Shown one piece after another: positions 59,401 through 64,000 of a stretch of 64,000 nucleotides of DNA. Numbering within the stretch: the first letter of the stretch is position 1; each line of letters starts with the position of its first letter. The stretch lies in contig JAKMXF010000003.1 in NCBI GenBank assembly GCA_024704765.1, forward strand, positions 140,887 to 204,886. The letters are read 5' to 3'. Both the position numbers and the translations under genes were made by a program. The notes under the pieces were generated by a model. That model made no database searches. It was not told the origin of the DNA and was given only the letters and a program-made list of their open reading frames with translations. The DNA comes from Oopsacas minuta. Its lineage: Eukaryota; Animalia; Porifera.

Positions 59401-61621
59401 TTACAGGAGCTGTATACACTTCTCCTATACGTACAGAACGTCGGTTTTATTCATCAACACCACTCAACTCTCTACATCTAGCTAGAGAGAGTATATTCGA
59501 TAAAAGTAATTCATCTCTGGAGCTGTTAGAATCACTCAGTAATAATCCTAAATGGAAAGAGCTCTGTAGCATAAAGAGTATTAATTGTGACGTCATAACT
59601 CAGAAGACTGGTGAGATTATGTCAGATTTGAATGAGCTAGATTGTGGAATAGAATACTCTAAATTGTTGGACAAGTAAGTTGTATAGAGACATAGTACGT
59701 TCACTTACAGCCCTTACCTTACCCGATTTCTGATTTGATCAAATTGTCCATTTTACGCTGCACGCTAATGACTTGTTTCATAGCACAGGGTAACCTCCAC
59801 AAAAGGAGACGCCGAAAAGTGCTAACCCGTTTCCCCATTTCTGCAAAGTCGTCCATTTGTATGAGGCTAGGAATTAGCTTTATTTATTTTCACTCTGTTT
59901 CCAGAATTTCCCCGTTTTCATAGGCCCCGTAAGTGGAGGTTACACTAACTGTAATACAATTCGGTGTAATTGCGCTTCTTTATTATGATAGATTCCGTGC
60001 TAAACATCTCCAATTACAATCAGAATTAGAAGAATCACTGAAGTTGAGAGGAGAATCTGAGAAAGAAGTTACTCAGCTACAAGATGAAGTAAACAAACTT
60101 AGAGAACAAATAAACAAATTACAACAACAATTACAAGATTTATCACATGTTAAATCTCATGGTGATACGTTAATAGCTGAAATATCCACAAAAGATGGAG
60201 TCATAAAACAGTTATCAGGTGAACTGGACGAGCTCTCTCAAAAATTAACTCTCAATGATTCTGAAGGAACAGAAAACGCGAAACTTATCACTTCTATTCA
60301 CACGAAAACAAATCAAATTCAACAGCTAATAACAGACAAACAAAATCTACAGAATAAACTCACTGAGATTACAAATCAATTACAAATACAAATGAAGGAA
60401 TTACAAAGAATAGAAGCTGAGAATATTGATATAAAGAATCAGCTGATTGAGACTAGAGAATTGCTTAAAGTTAAGACAGATGAAGCTCAAACAGCTGTAC
60501 AGTCTCATCAGCAGATACTCGCGGAAATTAACACCCAGCAAGACGATACAGCCCGTCTCACAGAGCAGCTACAGCTAACTAGCAACCAGTTGGAACTATT
60601 TCAACAAGAACATTATGCTTGTCTTAAAGATCTCTGGCATATGACACAGGGCTCTCCTATGGACCCATCTTTCCGACCTACATATCAACAAGTTAAGAAT
60701 GCTATCACACAACGAATACAGTCACCTAACATCGCGAATTTCAACACATCACAATCTCTACCATGTAGTCCCACTCGTCTATCGAATAGCGCTCAAAACA
60801 ATTCTACCTTATCATCACTAACTCCAACAGGTTATTCAACTGAAAAGAACTTAATGCTTACTCCAACGAAATATCTTTCTAATCATGACGTCAAATCCCT
60901 CGAGGAGCGTGTCCGAGCTATACTGATATGGTATTCATCAGCTCGTTATACAACTAAGCCTACTTGCCAGGCCTGGAAACAACACGTCACTGGACTAGAA
61001 GGTAAAATAAGCAATCAGCTGATTGAGTTAGATCAAGCACTAGTTAATAAGAATTATAAACAGGCTGGTAAACTCCTGAAACGGTTAAAGAATTCAATCA
61101 GTGTACTGACATATTCGTCGTGTAGAGTCGGGCGATTGGAACAGGAATGTTGGGATCTTGATAACTATGGTATACTCCAGGAGTATATTGATATTTTAAA
61201 GCGAACTCCTCGTGATAACTCCACACAGTCTCTATCATTAGTAGATAATTCTATACATAGAAATACACCTTATAGAAATGAAGAAGAGATATTTATTGAA
61301 ACACACAAGAATCTATTTCCAGATTTCAGTGAGGAATTTAATGAACTGAAGAAGAGAGAGATAGCTCTGCAATTTAAAGCAGATGAACTTTCTAAGACTT
61401 TGAAAACTATTAAACCGGCGAACAATGGTGTCACATTTCGCGGAATTCTTGTGAACTTCCATTTAAGTCTTTCATTTTTCTTCCTACTCGTATTAGTTTA
61501 TCTTTTAATGGGACCTTTCCCTGAAAGCCTACCGATTATCCGCCATAAATTAGTCTTCGGACCGGTATTCTCTTTCTCTAAATACTTCATTGATACTTCT
61601 GAATTTACTCCAATCATTTAG
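56432..61621 (+). CDS. Long-form LRMP/IRAG/KASH5-family protein (EF-hand-like, coiled coil, MRVI1-like, tail anchor with KASH-like luminal tail), about 1043 aa; exons 56432-56800, 57008-57307, 57453-57782, 59172-59674, 59992-61621
   Basis: All five exons join in phase by hand. LTRESFNIAMESWI resembles KASH5 VDLDTFLVVMRDWI; KRLKNSISVLTYSSC-RVGRLEQE..LQEYIDILKR resembles LRMP KKLEKSI..LGAINQE..MIQHVENLKR; TM plus about 35-aa tail ending TPII. Confidence 0.7.
57361..57428. mobile_element. 68-bp internally deleted MITE family A with TA flanks
   Basis: ta-cagtcaactccc..ggagttaactg-ta. Confidence 0.75.
58091..58894 (-). CDS. Stand-alone NHL-repeat beta-propeller protein, intronless, nested antisense in an intron of the LRMP-like gene
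   Basis: VYLADH; FPWCIKYLNNRLYVVD; LSNPREISTDNRNLLYLCDNGNSRILIF; N-terminal MG (possible myristoylation). Confidence 0.8.
   Translation of the reverse strand: MGNYQSIRKSKPIDDKVLIDKSIQVDNSGSLTFEDDGKTVYLADHTARYIAKIELTTGLQRIIVTKDENRFPWCIKYLNNRLYVVDTFQNDISMCNTDGKLLGKYNGKYNLSNPREISTDNRNLLYLCDNGNSRILIFTDELYLVTIVKVSFPSDVIIKSDEYIVFSTETYSISVINEGPSIKRYPLGYKKFLNKRRMCMDSEGNLLFLDTTKGLLVVDEIEFRIVKKLVDEDTDYLNYMEKSVVGNMVMVLIREEDGCVYLRSIQL
59004..59132. mobile_element. MITE family B, both ends present
   Basis: cagtggatgcc..ggttattagaac...cttataaccagcatccgctg-ta. Confidence 0.75.
59786..59947. mobile_element. MITE family C in the last intron of the LRMP-like gene
   Basis: cagggtaacctccac...gtggaggttacacta. 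Confidence 0.65.
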
Positions 61622-64000
61622 CTGTCTCAATTTTTAGATGTACATTATCACTTTTATTTTCTATCAATCTGAGTCCGTTGTATTCATTTGTTTCTAAGTT
61701 GTTGCTAATCATCTGTACTTGCTTTCTGTATATATCTACTTATCACACATGCTGATTATTGCTACACTATTCATTGTAATTACCTGTACTGGAATCTATT
61801 ATATGAAGTAATTCGATTTCGGAGATTCAGTCCCTTACAACTCGAGTGTTTTGACGAAAACGGTCTCCCTATGGATGGTGGATATCGCATATTTATGTTA
61901 CTGATGTGATCCTATTCAGCGGAGTCTACTGTCTACTATATCCACCATCCATGGTCAAGTACATATTAAGCGTATAGAGGTGACCCATTTTGACTAACTG
62001 TAGTTAAGGATAACTTCTTATAAATTAATTTTTCAAATATTAGCCGATTTTATTTTCTCAATGCATGAACGAAATATCCGCAGAACCAAGAATTATTTAC
62101 TCATTCTACAAAGACTCAACTAAAAATGAATTTGATACTATTTGTAGGCCAGTTCTAATTATAGAAATACTCTACCCTCCTATACTCGAATCAGTAGCTA
62201 CCAGTCCTACTACTAGTTAGTTATTTCTGTTAGAATGTTAATTTCACACCTAAAAGTAGAAGCTTTAATATAGTATCCAATACTATCCCTGTCCTCCAGG
62301 TTGTTCTTGTCCCCCATGGCACACCATCTAATTATACTTACCCCTTAAGTGTGTATAATTTATGATACTTTGCTTTATTATTTAATAATTCATAATATTA
62401 TTATAATCGAATACTATCAGTTATGAATTTAGAATCTATAAATATCTGTGCTTGCTTATTGAACAACTGGAGGCGACGCATATTTGAGAGGGAAAGAGAG
62501 AATTGTACTTGCTTCTGTTTATGAGTGGTGGGGGAGAGGGCTTGTGACGTCGAATAGAGAGGTGTTAGGTGGTATAGAGACACTATATGTAGGGGAGAAA
62601 TCAGGTTATATAGTTCAGTTATATTTAAGAGCGAAGATACGAGGTAAATTGAATTGTAAATTAGATTAGGCGGTTGGTCCCTCAGGGGATGCAGCGATTT
62701 CGCTGTGAGTGCACTTGGGACACACTCCGTACCTTTCCCCAACCGCGAGCCTATACGATTGGAGAGTGACAAGGGGAGCATGCATCCCATAATTGGGATG
62801 CACCTTCCTAGCTGTTGTACCTATACGTTGCCCTTGTCACCATTACAGTTACCTAGGCTCTCGCTTCGTTAATTGTATATGGCTTACCCACAGATCCACC
62901 CCCACTTATAAACTGAAAGACCCATCGAACTTATCCACCTATAACTGAAGGTGTTACTAGTTAGTATCCGCTACCCAAGATCCATAATCCTCAAATAGTT
63001 GATCAGGCTAAGAGAGGGTACAGACCATGGATAATGAATACCAACTAGTGTTACATGCGTTTCGTTTTAACGTATTCGATTCGTATTCGTATTCGTATTT
63101 CGTATCCGATTCGTATTCGTATTTCGTATTCGATTCGTATTCGTATTCGTATTCGTATTCGATTCGTATTCGTATTCGATTCGTATTCGTATTCGTATTT
63201 CGTATCCGATTCGTATTCGTATTTCGTATTTCGTATCCGATTCGTATTCGTATTTCGTATTTCGTATCCGATTCGTATTCGTATTTCGTATTCGATTCGT
63301 ATTCGTATTCGATTCGTATTCGTATTCGTATTTCGTATCCGATTCGTATTCGTATTTCGTATTCGATTCGTATTCGATTCGTATTCGTATTCGTATTCGT
63401 ATTCGTTTCGTATTCGATTCGTATTCGTATTTCGTATCCGATTCGTATTCGTATTCGTATTTCGTATTCGATTCGTATTCGTATTCGCATTTCGTATTTA
63501 TATTTCGTATTCGATTCGTATTCGATTCGTATTCGAATTCGTATTCGTATTCGATTCGTATTCGATTCGATTTCGTTTCGCGACACAACTCGACACACCA
63601 CCGCGATACAGCTCGACACACCACCGCGATACAACTCGACACACCACCGCGATACAACTCGACACAACACCGCGACACAACTCGACACAACACCGCGACA
63701 CAAATACGACAACAAACACCACAACACAACACGAATCATCTCCAGGGCATCAAATTCACAGGCGCTAATGAATGGTTTATTGGCCGTTTCCATTTCAATG
63801 TATGCCAATGGTATCTCCGAAGTAGTAGGCTGCTCGTAGTTGAATGGCAAAGAAGATACGAAATACTGCCTAGTTATTTATCTCTCCTATTTAAAGTTGA
63901 CATATTCTAGAAATGTATCTCTCTATTTGACAAGAAATAAGTAATCATATATGGTGAATGAATCCCATTATTAATTCACACCTTGTAGCCGTTAAGTTGT
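61614..64000 (-). CDS. Probable 3' part of a multi-exon membrane-protein gene entering from the right edge (tentative model)
   Basis: Candidate AG/GT-bounded open exons by hand: QYFVSSLPFNYEQ..DALEMI|LGIHYPWSVPSLSLINYLRIMDLG; GVPWGTRTTWRTGIVLDTILKLLLLG|LVATDSSIG; KQVQMISNN..KIETAK*. Some junctions are unresolved. Confidence 0.38.
62670..62850 (+). ncRNA. GC-rich double-hairpin segment with ANANNA and ACA boxes (H/ACA-like candidate or transposon remnant)
   Basis: Stems gcggttgg/ccaaccgc and gtgacaaggg/cccttgtcac; inner tgcatccca/tgggatgca; ATACGA at 62753; ACA at 62845. Confidence 0.25.
63071..63580. repeat. (ATTCGT)n-derived compound microsatellite with 5/6/7-bp variants and an approximately 24-bp higher-order unit
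   Basis: attcgt, attcg, atttcgt and atccg units; recurring tttcgtatccgattcgtattcgta. Confidence 0.95.
63581..63710. repeat. 23-bp tandem minisatellite, about 5.5 copies
   Basis: Unit ccgcgatacaactcgacacacca with stepwise point changes. Confidence 0.9.

Noticed and set aside
62400-62850. Telomerase RNA, hammerhead or HDV ribozyme
   Set aside because: No CTAACCCT-type template upstream, no CUGANGA/GAAA core, and the P3/L3 geometry does not fit HDV.
63071-63580. Satellite as a telomere
   Set aside because: It is not a TTAGGG-like G-rich repeat, and unique sequence lies on both sides.
63581-63710. 23-bp repeats as a CRISPR array
   Set aside because: Units are directly adjacent with no unique spacers, the context is eukaryotic and there are no cas genes.
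63008-63850. Five long ORFs (RIRI/EYEY/YSYS/FVFV) over the satellite
   Set aside because: They result from a stop-poor tandem repeat that is open in several frames on both strands; they are not proteins.

Overview
Eukaryotic nuclear DNA from a very compact, AT-rich animal genome with short GT-AG introns, many intronless genes and MITE-filled introns. The gene set (RIM-BP, SNAP-25, MyD88, LRMP/KASH5-like, PRR5, a stand-alone NHL propeller) is metazoan; a sponge, possibly a glass sponge, is my inference and is not proven. I support about 27 protein genes plus one low-confidence partial gene, 3 tRNAs, at least four MITE families and a CpG-dense satellite block. Gene models were spliced by hand, so exon edges are approximate. 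Main unexplained patterns: (1) 13 consecutive minus-strand genes (to 30.8 kb) and 12 consecutive plus-strand genes (34.2-61.6 kb) diverge from one 3.45-kb gap. The only exceptions are two intronless genes nested antisense in introns, and many ATGs sit just after splice-acceptor-like AGs, which suggests polycistronic or trans-spliced units. (2) The palindrome TGACGTCA occurs 23 times by hand count, against roughly 1 expected, mostly inside coding sequence. (3) A truncated, SH3-less RIM-BP paralog lies head-to-head with full RIM-BP, near SNAP-25. (4) There is a long-form EF-hand/MRVI1/KASH-like gene.
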